Positions 1 to 7,669 of a stretch of DNA of 64,000 nt are shown one piece after another. Where the stretch lies: contig OZ246413.1 in assembly GCA_965231085.1 (NCBI GenBank), positions 539,234 to 603,233 on the forward strand, read 5' to 3'. Each line of letters opens with the position of its first letter. The stretch's first letter is position 1. The stretch is from an uncultured Candidatus Saccharibacteria bacterium (GTDB taxonomy: Bacteria > Patescibacteriota > Saccharimonadia > Saccharimonadales > UBA10212). Under the pieces are notes generated by a model. It was not told the DNA's origin, did no database searches, and saw only the letters and a program-made list of their open reading frames with translations. A program made the translations under genes and the position numbers.

Positions 1-1545
1 GCCGACAATATTATCGGTTACGCTAGCCGATGAGAAGTTTATTAAACCAGTTTTTGTGACGTCGGTTGTACCCGAATCCCTGGAAACAATACGGTTAACA
101 TGATTATTTACCCCAATATCAATGGCTAAAGCTCCATATGCACATTGATAGGCGTATAAGGAGCCTACAAAATTATCATCCGAGCTCGACCCAGTCTCAC
201 CAATCACTAGAGCGTAAGAGTGATTGCGAACAGCGGCATAACCAATAGAGTTTTGGTTGGATCCATTCTGGATAGAGATGCCTGGATCGCCATCATACGA
301 GTCTGTTTGGTCGCACAAAATAGACCCAACGTCACACAGCGTGGAGGCAGAATAGACCACACCGTAACCACTATTTGCTTTAGATATTATTGCTCCAACT
401 CTACATCTGGTGGCGCTAGCAAATTCAAAACCGGTACCAGCGTTGTATTGGCCGGTGCCGTCAGCATAGTTCCCGCCGTTAGCCTGCCCGGTTAGGCTAG
501 TAATGGCCGTGCTGATTTGCCACTTCGGGCTCTGCAAATACACTCCATAGTTACGGTTGTCATCAGCCGTGACCATATTGGCATGCCCCTTGCCAAGCGT
601 GTTTTTAATATAAAAACCAGCAAGTGTATTGTGGTTGGCAGCGCAATTCCAGAAACTACACTTAATCGCGGCTGAAGTATCAATATAAAAACCAGAGCCG
701 TCCTGATCTTCTGCCCGACAGTCGTAAAACCTTCCCATTCCGGTCACAACTATAAAACCGTGGGCATTGTTGGAGTTGCTTGCATCTCGATTATCGCTAG
801 CATAACACTGATAGAACTCAACAATCTGAGTGGCCCCACCATAAACCATAAATCCGCTCTTGCCGTTCGTCTGTGAAATTACGTTGAATACTTTATGGGT
901 GGTGCCTGAACTTGTACTAAAGACTACCCCTTCAAGCCCCGGATGTCCGGTCACATTATTTCTACTACCATTAACCTTAATATTCTTTAATGTAACGGAA
1001 GCGCCGGTTACGTTAATCGCATAAAAGTTACCATCTGGCTGTTTTTTAATCGTCGCGCCCTGAAGATCGATAGTCACTGATTTATTAATTGTCCACTCGG
1101 CTGTTATTAAATAGGTTTTAGTGCCGTTGCCAATTATGGTCCCGCCGGCGGGAACTGCTGACAAAGCTGCATTAAGTGCTGCCAGGTCGTCGGTCGCGCC
1201 ATCGCCAACTGCACCATAAGCTTCTAGATAAACTGCTGGTGTTACCCAGTTCCAGCCTGAAGTACCGCTAGCCACGGGAATCTGGTTAGCCGAAGCGCTA
1301 GCTTTTATCTTATTTGGTGTAACCGAAGCATCCGTTGGGGTGCGAGTATCTGAAAGTCTTGAGTCGGTAGTTGATACTGCCCCAAGATTACTAAGTGCCG
1401 TAGCTGCACTGGTCGCCCCAGTTCCGCCCTTACTAACAGCTAGTGTTTTTTGCGTGCCATCGGCATTATGCTCTACCTCAAGAAAATCATTCAGTATATC
1501 ACCCCAAGATTCTGCATCTCCACCAACTACAGGTAGCCTACTCAT
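1..1545 (-). CDS. Beta-helix (pectate-lyase fold) tail-fibre/tailspike-like protein; C-terminal part lies beyond the window edge
   Basis: Missing from the ORF track because no stop lies in the window. Manual translation of the minus strand from ATG 1545 to base 1 is open for 515 codons (MSRLPVVGGDAESWGDILNDFLEVEHNADGTQKT...LEAYGAVGDGATDDLAALNAAL...LKNIKVNGSRNN...). AYGAxGDGxTDD is the N-cap motif of pectate_lyase_3/tailspike beta-helices. WGxxLNxFLxxxHNxDGT resembles tail-fibre N-termini. Confidence 0.6.
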   Translation of the reverse strand, partial: MSRLPVVGGDAESWGDILNDFLEVEHNADGTQKTLAVSKGGTGATSAATALSNLGAVSTTDSRLSDTRTPTDASVTPNKIKASASANQIPVASGTSGWNWVTPAVYLEAYGAVGDGATDDLAALNAALSAVPAGGTIIGNGTKTYLITAEWTINKSVTIDLQGATIKKQPDGNFYAINVTGASVTLKNIKVNGSRNNVTGHPGLEGVVFSTSSGTTHKVFNVISQTNGKSGFMVYGGATQIVEFYQCYASDNRDASNSNNAHGFIVVTGMGRFYDCRAEDQDGSGFYIDTSAAIKCSFWNCAANHNTLAGFYIKNTLGKGHANMVTADDNRNYGVYLQSPKWQISTAITSLTGQANGGNYADGTGQYNAGTGFEFASATRCRVGAIISKANSGYGVVYSASTLCDVGSILCDQTDSYDGDPGISIQNGSNQNSIGYAAVRNHSYALVIGETGSSSDDNFVGSLYAYQCAYGALAIDIGVNNHVNRIVSRDSGTTDVTKTGLINFSSASVTDNIVG

Positions 1546-1644
1546 CTCATATTATCTGTCTGTTTCTCCTATTACCTTTATGCTAATGCTTCCATGAGGG
1601 TCAGTCAATGACATTACTTAGTTTCTTTTACATTAACCAATCTA

Positions 1645-1959
1645 GTGGCTATAATGCAACCAATGGCAAGGCACGGGAACCCACTGCTGCGAATGGACAG
1701 ATATTTTCCGTATTCTTATGTTGAAGCTGCAGTTACAGCTGAAGAACAAAGACTGAGAGCAACCTATCAAAGCCTTGCTGCTAATGCTCTAACCCCCAAT
1801 TTGGCAATGCACGCTGCTTTTGAAAGAGACCGAGGAATTGGCTGGGATGTAGCTAGTGAGTTTTTGGTCGCAGAAATTCCTGTTGTGCCGCAAGACACTT
1901 CGGCTGCCGGACTCTTGCAGGCAATTGTTACTCTTCGTAGCAGTGGATCTAGCCTGTAA
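1645..1959 (+). CDS. Hypothetical protein (104 aa; start uncertain)
   Basis: ORF track. TATAAT at 1650-1655 lies inside the annotated 5' end, so a leaderless start at ATG 1663 (MARHGNPLL...) is possible. No recognisable motif. Confidence 0.4.
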   Translation: MAIMQPMARHGNPLLRMDRYFPYSYVEAAVTAEEQRLRATYQSLAANALTPNLAMHAAFERDRGIGWDVASEFLVAEIPVVPQDTSAAGLLQAIVTLRSSGSSL

Positions 1960-1969
1960 ATCGAAATAA

Positions 1970-1987
1970 TGCTAAAATACCCCTGTT
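1970..1987 (+). promoter_or_regulatory. Extended -10 promoter (TGCTAAAAT) plus conserved discriminator, driving the tRNA-His transcript
   Basis: The 18-mer tgctaaaatacccctgtt is identical to 20033-20050 upstream of tRNA-Met. TGnTAAAAT matches the extended -10 consensus. Confidence 0.6.
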
Positions 1988-1996
1988 CTGTGCATG

Positions 1997-2106
1997 CAAT
2001 TTTGCAAGTTCGTGCGTAGCAGAATCTTGCAAAATTGAAGAGGAGGAACGTAGGTCCAGGCTGAAGCTTTTGCCGTAAGGTAAAACGAAGCAGGACCGCA
2101 AGTTCC
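1997..2106 (+). other. Structured leader between the promoter and tRNA-His (two strong hairpins)
   Basis: Perfect 12-bp stem caattttgcaag (1997-2008) / cttgcaaaattg (2026-2037). Second hairpin pairs GGAAC (2045-2049) with GTTCC (2102-2106) and GGTCC (2053-2057) with GGACC (2093-2097), with an apical GTAA tetraloop (2075-2078). Confidence 0.35.
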
Positions 2107-2111
2107 GACGT

Positions 2112-2189
2112 GGTGCCTGTAGCTCAGCTGGTTAGAGCGTCGGGTTGTGGTTCCGAAGGCCGTGGGTTCGATCCCCATCAGGCACCCCA
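2112..2189 (+). tRNA. tRNA-His (GTG), encoded G-1 and CCA
   Basis: Cloverleaf parsed by eye: G-1 + GTGCCTG acceptor, GCTC/GAGC D stem, anticodon arm TCGGG-TTGTGGT-TCCGA (anticodon GTG), T arm GTGGG-TTCGATC-CCCAT, CAGGCAC-C-CCA. Confidence 0.9.
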
Positions 2190-2204
2190 AGTTTAAATTT
2201 ATAA

Positions 2205-2735
2205 ATGATCAGAAGCATTAACCCTTTTTCGTGGAACCTAAATAAAAAAGCTCAGCGCACTCATGCTGAGCATAATGCCTTTGTATTACAAACAGTTCAG
2301 CCCGGTCTAGCCGGGTTAATGGATGGTTCTGTATCTACCCTTGCCCCAATTTTTGCTGCTGCTTTTGCCACCAGCAATCCTCATATTACTTTTTTAGTTG
2401 GTGTATCAGCCGCTGTTGGTGCCGCTATTAGCATGGCTTTTGCCGAAGCTCTAAGCGATGATGGTAAGCTCACTGGTCGGGGAGCACCCTTCCGGAGAGG
2501 GGTAATTATTGGTTGTATGACTTTCCTCGGTGGTATTTTTCATACCCTGCCATTTTTAATGCCCAGTCTTCATTCGGCACTAACGCTAGCCTATCTGGTG
2601 GTGGGCCTTGAGCTAATAGCCATCGCTTATATTCGCTACCATTATTTTGACATGAAATTTTGGTTATCAGTTCTTCAGGTAATAGTTGGCGGCGGCCTTG
2701 TATTCGCCGCTGGTATATTAATCGGTGCTTCTTAG
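2205..2735 (+). CDS. VIT1/CCC1-family membrane protein (Fe/Mn transporter-like)
   Basis: [20 protein letters not shown] and [10 protein letters not shown] motifs plus C-terminal TM helices are typical of the VIT family. Confidence 0.7.
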   Translation: MIRSINPFSWNLNKKAQRTHAEHNAFVLQTVQPGLAGLMDGSVSTLAPIFAAAFATSNPHITFLVGVSAAVGAAISMAFAEALSDDGKLTGRGAPFRRGVIIGCMTFLGGIFHTLPFLMPSLHSALTLAYLVVGLELIAIAYIRYHYFDMKFWLSVLQVIVGGGLVFAAGILIGAS

Positions 2736-3406
2736 TAAATAAACTTCAAGGCCGTAATAACGGCGGCTGATACTACGATATTATCTAGTCCGCGAATACT
2801 CAGATTCTCAAGAACGCTTAGTGCTGGTGGCAATACCAAGAGAATTAATCCATATGTCAGTAAGTTTGGCTGTAGAACGCATAGTAATCCAAAGCCAAGT
2901 ATTAAGAACGAACTTATCCAAAAAGCCATGGTTCCAATAACCGAGCGGGTCTCGCCAAAAATTTTATAGCGCCATCGTTTTCCGTATGCCTGACCAATTA
3001 TTGCTGCCATGCCATCAGCGATTGCCAAATGAAGCACCGCGATCATGAAGAAATATTTATTGTTCGTAAGTAGCGCCGATATGGTAATAGCTAAGGCGAA
3101 AAATAGATCTCCATATGTTTGGCGATTTATGCGCCACGATATTTTAAAAACTCTAACTTCCCTATCTATTAAAACCGTTACGGCCATGGCTAAGCCTATC
3201 AGCTGTATTGTGTGCCAACTAATAAGCCAAGGCCAAAAAGCCGCAAAAATACCAACCGACATATGAATAAACTTTCGATAATACTCGTATCTCAAGACCT
3301 TTTTTCGCCAGAATAATTCACCGACAACCAAGATGATAAAAACGCCGAACAGACAGGTTAATACAGAAAGCATATCCTTAATTCTATACCAATTTGCTAC
3401 AATCAA
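2732..3406 (-). CDS. CTP-dependent polyprenol (dolichol/phytol) kinase / CdsA-family membrane protein
   Basis: Polytopic. [38 protein letters not shown] matches the GDxxAxxxGxxxGK...S/T.xG motif of the cytidylyltransferase/dolichol-kinase family. Confidence 0.55.
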   Translation of the reverse strand: MIVANWYRIKDMLSVLTCLFGVFIILVVGELFWRKKVLRYEYYRKFIHMSVGIFAAFWPWLISWHTIQLIGLAMAVTVLIDREVRVFKISWRINRQTYGDLFFALAITISALLTNNKYFFMIAVLHLAIADGMAAIIGQAYGKRWRYKIFGETRSVIGTMAFWISSFLILGFGLLCVLQPNLLTYGLILLVLPPALSVLENLSIRGLDNIVVSAAVITALKFIY

Positions 3407-4224
3407 TCTATCATATGGCCGCCGAAGAACTTATTTATCATGCTAGAAAAACATCCATTAGCGCCCTTGGTGTTATAAAGCAAAGCTTTTGGGTTATCGG
3501 GCAGCACCCTCAACTATTGCTTTATCCCTACCTTGCTCTAATGTTTGTACTTATAACCTACCCAATAATTAGTGCTAGTTTTATAGCTCATTGGTACGAC
3601 AAAATATTTACCGAGGCGGGCTCGCTAGCCCCCCACCATCTCGGAATTGTTCTTGGGATTGTTGGGTTTTCGGTTTTTTATACCGCCTTTATCTCCGCCT
3701 ATTTTACTACCGCTGTATCGGCAGCCGTATTGGCAACGTTGGAAGGCCGAGAACCGTCAAAGTTGTATGGAATACGCCAGGTCTTTAAACACTTTGGTCG
3801 AGTTACAAAGTTTGGTGTCCTGTCGCTGTTCTTTTTCCCGATGGGTGTATACGCCCAACGCCGCAAACTCCCACGCGGAATGGCTGGGGTCATTGGCAGC
3901 TCTCTGACACTCCACATGGCTCAGATTGCGCCTAGTATTTTAGAGGGCCATCAAAGGTATGGAGCAACTATCAGGGCCGCTGTAGATAAGCTTGGCAAAA
4001 CCTGGAAAGAAGGTCTGGCGCTAAAGATTGGTATGTATATTACAATTTTTATATTTTTTGTAGCTCCAAAATTAGTACAGCATCACTGGTATAAGAGCCA
4101 AACGGCCAGCAACATTGGGTGGCTTCTGAGCCTAGAGCTTGGTGCTTCCGGTATCGTATTCTTTAAAGTGATAAACGCTATTTTCACGACCGTGCTTTAC
4201 CATAAAGCAACAGAAAAGGAATAA
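3394..4224 (+). CDS. Hypothetical polytopic membrane protein
   Basis: 276-aa ORF with several hydrophobic segments, followed by a terminator at 4230-4253. Confidence 0.6.
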   Translation: MLQSIYHMAAEELIYHARKTSISALGVIKQSFWVIGQHPQLLLYPYLALMFVLITYPIISASFIAHWYDKIFTEAGSLAPHHLGIVLGIVGFSVFYTAFISAYFTTAVSAAVLATLEGREPSKLYGIRQVFKHFGRVTKFGVLSLFFFPMGVYAQRRKLPRGMAGVIGSSLTLHMAQIAPSILEGHQRYGATIRAAVDKLGKTWKEGLALKIGMYITIFIFFVAPKLVQHHWYKSQTASNIGWLLSLELGASGIVFFKVINAIFTTVLYHKATEKE

Positions 4225-4229
4225 AAAAT

Positions 4230-4253
4230 GACTCCAAGAATGGAGTCGTTTTT
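4230..4253 (+). terminator. Rho-independent (bidirectional) terminator
   Basis: GACTCCA-agaa-TGGAGTC followed by gttttt, preceded by an A-run. Confidence 0.75.
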
Positions 4254-4276
4254 AATGGTCGGGGATAGAGGACTCG
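4249..4276 (-). repeat. Displaced copy of the tRNA-Pro 3' end (28 nt direct repeat of 4418-4445)
   Basis: tttttaatggtcggggatagaggactcg is identical at 4249-4276 and 4418-4445. It covers the downstream flank, CCA, the acceptor 3' strand and half of the T arm. Confidence 0.9.
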
Positions 4277-4417
4277 CGTTATCGTTCGCCAGCACAAACT
4301 GCAAGCAGTGTGCATGGCGGACAAGCAAGGAAAACTCAAACAGCCATCAGGCTGTTTTCGCCTATCGGTTCGAGTCCTAGCCCAATAATTAAAAATAGAC
4401 CGTCAAAAGACGGTCAA
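4277..4417. other. 141-bp structured insert between the tRNA-Pro 3' fragment and intact tRNA-Pro
   Basis: Long hairpin CGCCAGCACA...TGTGCaTGGCG (4287-4319). Hairpin CAGCC-atca-GGCTG plus tttt (4341-4358). Inverted T-arm-like cgagtcctagccc (4371-4383) pairs with aggactcg (4269-4276). Ends in its own terminator. Confidence 0.5.
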
Positions 4418-4422
4418 TTTTT
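4391..4422 (-). terminator. Rho-independent terminator downstream of tRNA-Pro
   Basis: GACCGTC-aaaa-GACGGTC (4398-4415) flanked by an A-run and a T-run. Confidence 0.75.
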
Positions 4423-4424
4423 AA

Positions 4425-4501
4425 TGGTCGGGGATAGAGGACTCGAACCTCCGACCTCGCGGTCCCAAACCGCGCGCGCTAGCCAACTGCGCCAATCCCC
4501 G
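4425..4501 (-). tRNA. tRNA-Pro (TGG), CCA encoded
   Basis: The reverse complement parses as CGGGGAT-TG-GCGC..GCGC-G-CGCGG-TTTGGGA-CCGCG-AGGTC-GGAGG-TTCGAGT-CCTCT-ATCCCCG-A-CCA. Confidence 0.9.
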
Positions 4502-4548
4502 AGAATTGTCAGGGGTAATTATAGCAAAATATACCTCTGTTGGCGAGG

Positions 4549-4986
4549 TTAAATATCTAGATTATTCTCTTTGCTTAAAATCGCCCTAAGGTCTACCGTT
4601 GTCTGGCGCGTACTAACGGCATGTATTGTGCGCAGGCCTAGCTTGGCTGCTGAGCCTAAGTTTTCTGACAAATTATCTATAAAAAGTATTTCTTCCGGTT
4701 TTACCCCAAGGCGCTCTATAGTTCGTTTGTATATTGTTGGATTAGGTTTTCTAACTCCTTCTTCATAACTTAATATGATCGGCTTGAATCCAGCCTTTAT
4801 ATGAAGCCACTTTAAAATTATGCCGGGGAATACAGCTACATTCGACAGAATGGCTGGCTGGATACCTGCCTTACTAAGTTCTCTAGCTATTCGGTACAGT
4901 TTAAATTGCGGGCCAGAAAAACGAATCAGAACATTGCCGATGTCAAACAAAACTACCCTGATCATTTTCGTTTTCTCCCAATCCAA
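4549..4986 (-). CDS. HAD-superfamily hydrolase (subfamily IA-like)
   Basis: N-terminal VVLFDIGNVL (motif I variant) and KPNPTIYKRTIERLGVKPEEILFIDNLSENL (motifs III/IV). Confidence 0.65.
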   Translation of the reverse strand: MDWEKTKMIRVVLFDIGNVLIRFSGPQFKLYRIARELSKAGIQPAILSNVAVFPGIILKWLHIKAGFKPIILSYEEGVRKPNPTIYKRTIERLGVKPEEILFIDNLSENLGSAAKLGLRTIHAVSTRQTTVDLRAILSKENNLDI

Positions 4987-5552
4987 TCAGGCTTAACGCT
5001 AAAAGTAATAATTGGTGTAGCATTTATTTCGGCCTCACTAACATCGTATTCGTTTGTATAGACAATCTCAACGCTTCCGTAAACTGCTCTATTAATATCA
5101 ACCCCTATTTTAGAAGCAGCTTTCTTCACTTCGGCCTCGCTGGCAGCCTCAATTTCAATATATGGTTTGGTCCATGGCCATTCATCTATTTCAATTTGAG
5201 CATCGCCCAGCATCCAACTTTCTCTTTTGGTTTCTTGTAAAGAAGTCTGTACAAGTCCGATTGATTCAAGAAAACTAACAGTTTCTTCAAAACTATCAAC
5301 CGTCAGCGACACTTCCTTGGTGCCATATAGAGTGCGCTCGGTGAGTTGCTTGTAGGATAGGGTTACTTTGTCGCCCTCGTCCCGAACCCTTACCCATCCT
5401 CCGATTTTCTCAAGTCTATGGTCGGGAAAGTCAAAATTCTTTCTTTTCATTACGCGCATTGGCAGTACACAGCTAGCTCCAAGCTGTTTCAATTTTGAAC
5501 GGATTGACTCTACGTCAATCTCCAAAAACTTAGCTTCAATCTCCGTCTGCAT
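4962..5552 (-). CDS. CYTH-domain protein (CyaB/ThTPase-like triphosphate tunnel enzyme)
   Basis: N-terminal EIEAKFL (ExExK signature) and overall length fit CYTH. Confidence 0.7.
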   Translation of the reverse strand: MQTEIEAKFLEIDVESIRSKLKQLGASCVLPMRVMKRKNFDFPDHRLEKIGGWVRVRDEGDKVTLSYKQLTERTLYGTKEVSLTVDSFEETVSFLESIGLVQTSLQETKRESWMLGDAQIEIDEWPWTKPYIEIEAASEAEVKKAASKIGVDINRAVYGSVEIVYTNEYDVSEAEINATPIITFSVKPDWIGRKRK

Positions 5553-5587
5553 TGTCTAAATAGAATAGCAGCTTCGTAAAAAGTGAG

Positions 5588-7123
5588 CTACTTGGCGAAT
5601 TCTATAGCACGAGTTTCGCGGATAACATTAACCTTGATTGTACCGGGATACTGCATGGTCGATTCAATCTTGTTGGCTATATCGCGGGCCAGCTTGATAG
5701 CCTGCAGATCATCTACATGTTTAGGCTGCACAAACACTCTAACCTCACGGCCAGCACTAATAGCGTAAGCCTTTTCAATTCCATCAAAGCTCAAGGCAGT
5801 GTTCTCTAGCTCACGCATGCGCTCGGCAAAGTTTTCTTGGCTAACGTTACGTGCACCTGGTCTTGCGCCACTAATTGCGTCCACAACCCGAACTATCATG
5901 GCTTCAACCGAACCAGCATCAACATCGTCATGGTGCTGTTCGGCAGCTTGGGCCACTTCTTCTGGCGCGCCATATTTGCGTAGTATCTCACCGCTAATGT
6001 GGTGGTGCTTGCCTTCTACTTTATGGCTTAGTGCCTTGCCAATGTCGTGGGTAAAAGCAGCATACTTAGCAGTTCTAACATTAGCTCCCAGATCCTCGGC
6101 CAAAACACCTGCAAGTTGAGCCATTTCGGTACTATGCTTCAAGACGTTTTGACCATAGCTAGTACGGTATTTGAGCTCACCCATTAGCTGTAGAATTTCT
6201 TTTGGAATTCCGACCAAGCCAACTTCACGGGCAGCATCCTCACCGGCTCGTACAACGTCCTTCTGGACCTGCTTTTGAGCTTTCTCAACAACTTCTTCGA
6301 TTCGTCCCGGGTGAACTCTACCATCCTTTAAGAGCATCTCCATAGTCTGGCGAGCAACCTCACGACGGACCGGATCAAAGCTTGAAAGGATAATCATGCC
6401 TGGTGTGTCGTCAACCAAGATATCCACACCAGTTGCACGCTGAATTGCCTGGATGTTACGGCCTTCTTTGCCGATAATACGGCCCTTCATTTCTTCGTCT
6501 TCAAGTTTTACGGCTGTAACAGTTCGCTCAGCGGTAACTTCGCTCGCCATACGCTCCATAGTGCTAGCTAGTATCATTGCCGCAGTTTCTTCAGCGTCCT
6601 CTTTAGCATCATTTTGAAGTTTATTAATCAATCCAACTAAGTCATTCTTGATATCCCGTTCGGTCATTTGCATTAATTTCTCAGTGGCATCGGCCTTTGA
6701 AAGCTTGGCAATTTTTTCTAGTTTGTCTTGTTGCTTAGAGCGTATATCACGAATCTCATTTTTTAGATCTTCGACTTCGCTTTCAGCAGCACGCAGTTTT
6801 TCGCTGCGCTTATCTATATCGTCCAGTTTTTTATCCAGTGCATCTTCGCGCGAGATCAAACGAGCTTCAATATCTTTAAGTTCGTTGCGCCGCTTTTGTT
6901 CATCTTTGCGTACTTCTTCGATTCTTCTGGCTGCATCTTCTTCGGCTTTGCGAATTGTCTCAGCCGCCTCTTTTTTTGCTTTTGATAATTCTTTTTTCGC
7001 GTCCTCTTCAATCTTGCCTGTCTGACGCTTCATATAATAAACACCGCCACCTCCACCAACAGCAAGACCAGCTATTGCTAGCACAATAGAAACTATAAAC
7101 ATATTTCCTCCTCGGATTCGCAC
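5588..7123 (-). CDS. rny: Ribonuclease Y
   Basis: N-terminal TM, long K/E coiled coil, KH motif (IIGKEGRNIQ) and HD domain (FTHDIGKA...HHDD). Confidence 0.9.
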   Translation of the reverse strand: MRIRGGNMFIVSIVLAIAGLAVGGGGGVYYMKRQTGKIEEDAKKELSKAKKEAAETIRKAEEDAARRIEEVRKDEQKRRNELKDIEARLISREDALDKKLDDIDKRSEKLRAAESEVEDLKNEIRDIRSKQQDKLEKIAKLSKADATEKLMQMTERDIKNDLVGLINKLQNDAKEDAEETAAMILASTMERMASEVTAERTVTAVKLEDEEMKGRIIGKEGRNIQAIQRATGVDILVDDTPGMIILSSFDPVRREVARQTMEMLLKDGRVHPGRIEEVVEKAQKQVQKDVVRAGEDAAREVGLVGIPKEILQLMGELKYRTSYGQNVLKHSTEMAQLAGVLAEDLGANVRTAKYAAFTHDIGKALSHKVEGKHHHISGEILRKYGAPEEVAQAAEQHHDDVDAGSVEAMIVRVVDAISGARPGARNVSQENFAERMRELENTALSFDGIEKAYAISAGREVRVFVQPKHVDDLQAIKLARDIANKIESTMQYPGTIKVNVIRETRAIEFAK

Positions 7124-7276
7124 AGACTGCTCACTTTAAGCGTTCACTATCACTTCATTAGCTTGCGGCGAAACAGTTAGTATCAATAAATTAATGACAA
7201 AGGGTTGGATTATCTCAATGAATGTACTAGAAAATCCTAAACATACTTTATAACTTTTTTTACTACCTGGTCAATC

Positions 7277-7669
7277 CTATTTACGAGGCTGCGAGATGTG
7301 AATTGGCGCCCCATATTCGGGCGTAGAAATCTTTTCATTATCACCGTTTTCAAGTCGGTCTATCCCGGTGTTGACCCAATCGGAACCAGTGGAAGAAACG
7401 ATTGGAACTTTTAGCGAGTAGGCGAGAGCATTGGCCACCGATAGCCCAATGCGCAAGCCCGTAAAGCTTCCTGGGCCTTTATAAAATACTATTCCCTGTA
7501 TGTTTTCTAAAGATTTGCTTGACTGGTTAAGCGTTTCTTCTAGCTTCTTATGAATAGTTTCAGCTAGCTCTCTGTGCGCTTGCCATTTTACATAGGCCAG
7601 CGACTTGTTAGCTTTATATATTCCAAGTTCGGCTTCTGGATTGTCGGTTCGAATTACTAAAACAATCAC
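7277..7669 (-). CDS. tsaB: tRNA t6A biosynthesis protein TsaB-like (short form)
   Basis: GPGSFTGLRIGLSVANALA motif. Sits directly downstream of tsaE with a 4-nt overlap. Confidence 0.7.
   Translation of the reverse strand: MIVLVIRTDNPEAELGIYKANKSLAYVKWQAHRELAETIHKKLEETLNQSSKSLENIQGIVFYKGPGSFTGLRIGLSVANALAYSLKVPIVSSTGSDWVNTGIDRLENGDNEKISTPEYGAPIHISQPRK

Noticed and set aside
1-2000. A prophage at the window start, suggested by the tail-fibre-like gene.
   Set aside because: Only a single phage-like gene is visible. No capsid, terminase, integrase or lysis genes appear in the adjacent 10 kb, and the region beyond the edge cannot be assessed.
1972-2190. Track ORFs overlapping tRNA genes (1972-2190 minus over tRNA-His; 4310-4552 plus over tRNA-Pro).
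   Set aside because: They are spurious, because the sequence is accounted for by tRNA genes and their leaders or terminators.
3045-3917. Short ORFs nested in or antisense to larger membrane-protein genes (3045-3266, 3591-3788, 3647-3907, 3699-3917), and many similar 60-130 aa antisense ORFs inside rny, ftsH, dnaK, lepA and others.
   Set aside because: They lie entirely within well-supported conserved genes, have a low-complexity Ser/Leu/Arg-rich composition, and lack an SD.
4261-4383. A tmRNA or complete second tRNA within the tRNA-Pro insert, suggested by the GGGG... 5' end and GGTTCGAGTCC T-loop-like sequence.
   Set aside because: There is no D arm, anticodon arm or resume-codon/tag ORF, and no 3' CCA after the plus-strand T-arm-like segment. 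The GGGGATAGAGGACTCG end is simply the reverse complement of the tRNA-Pro 3' end.
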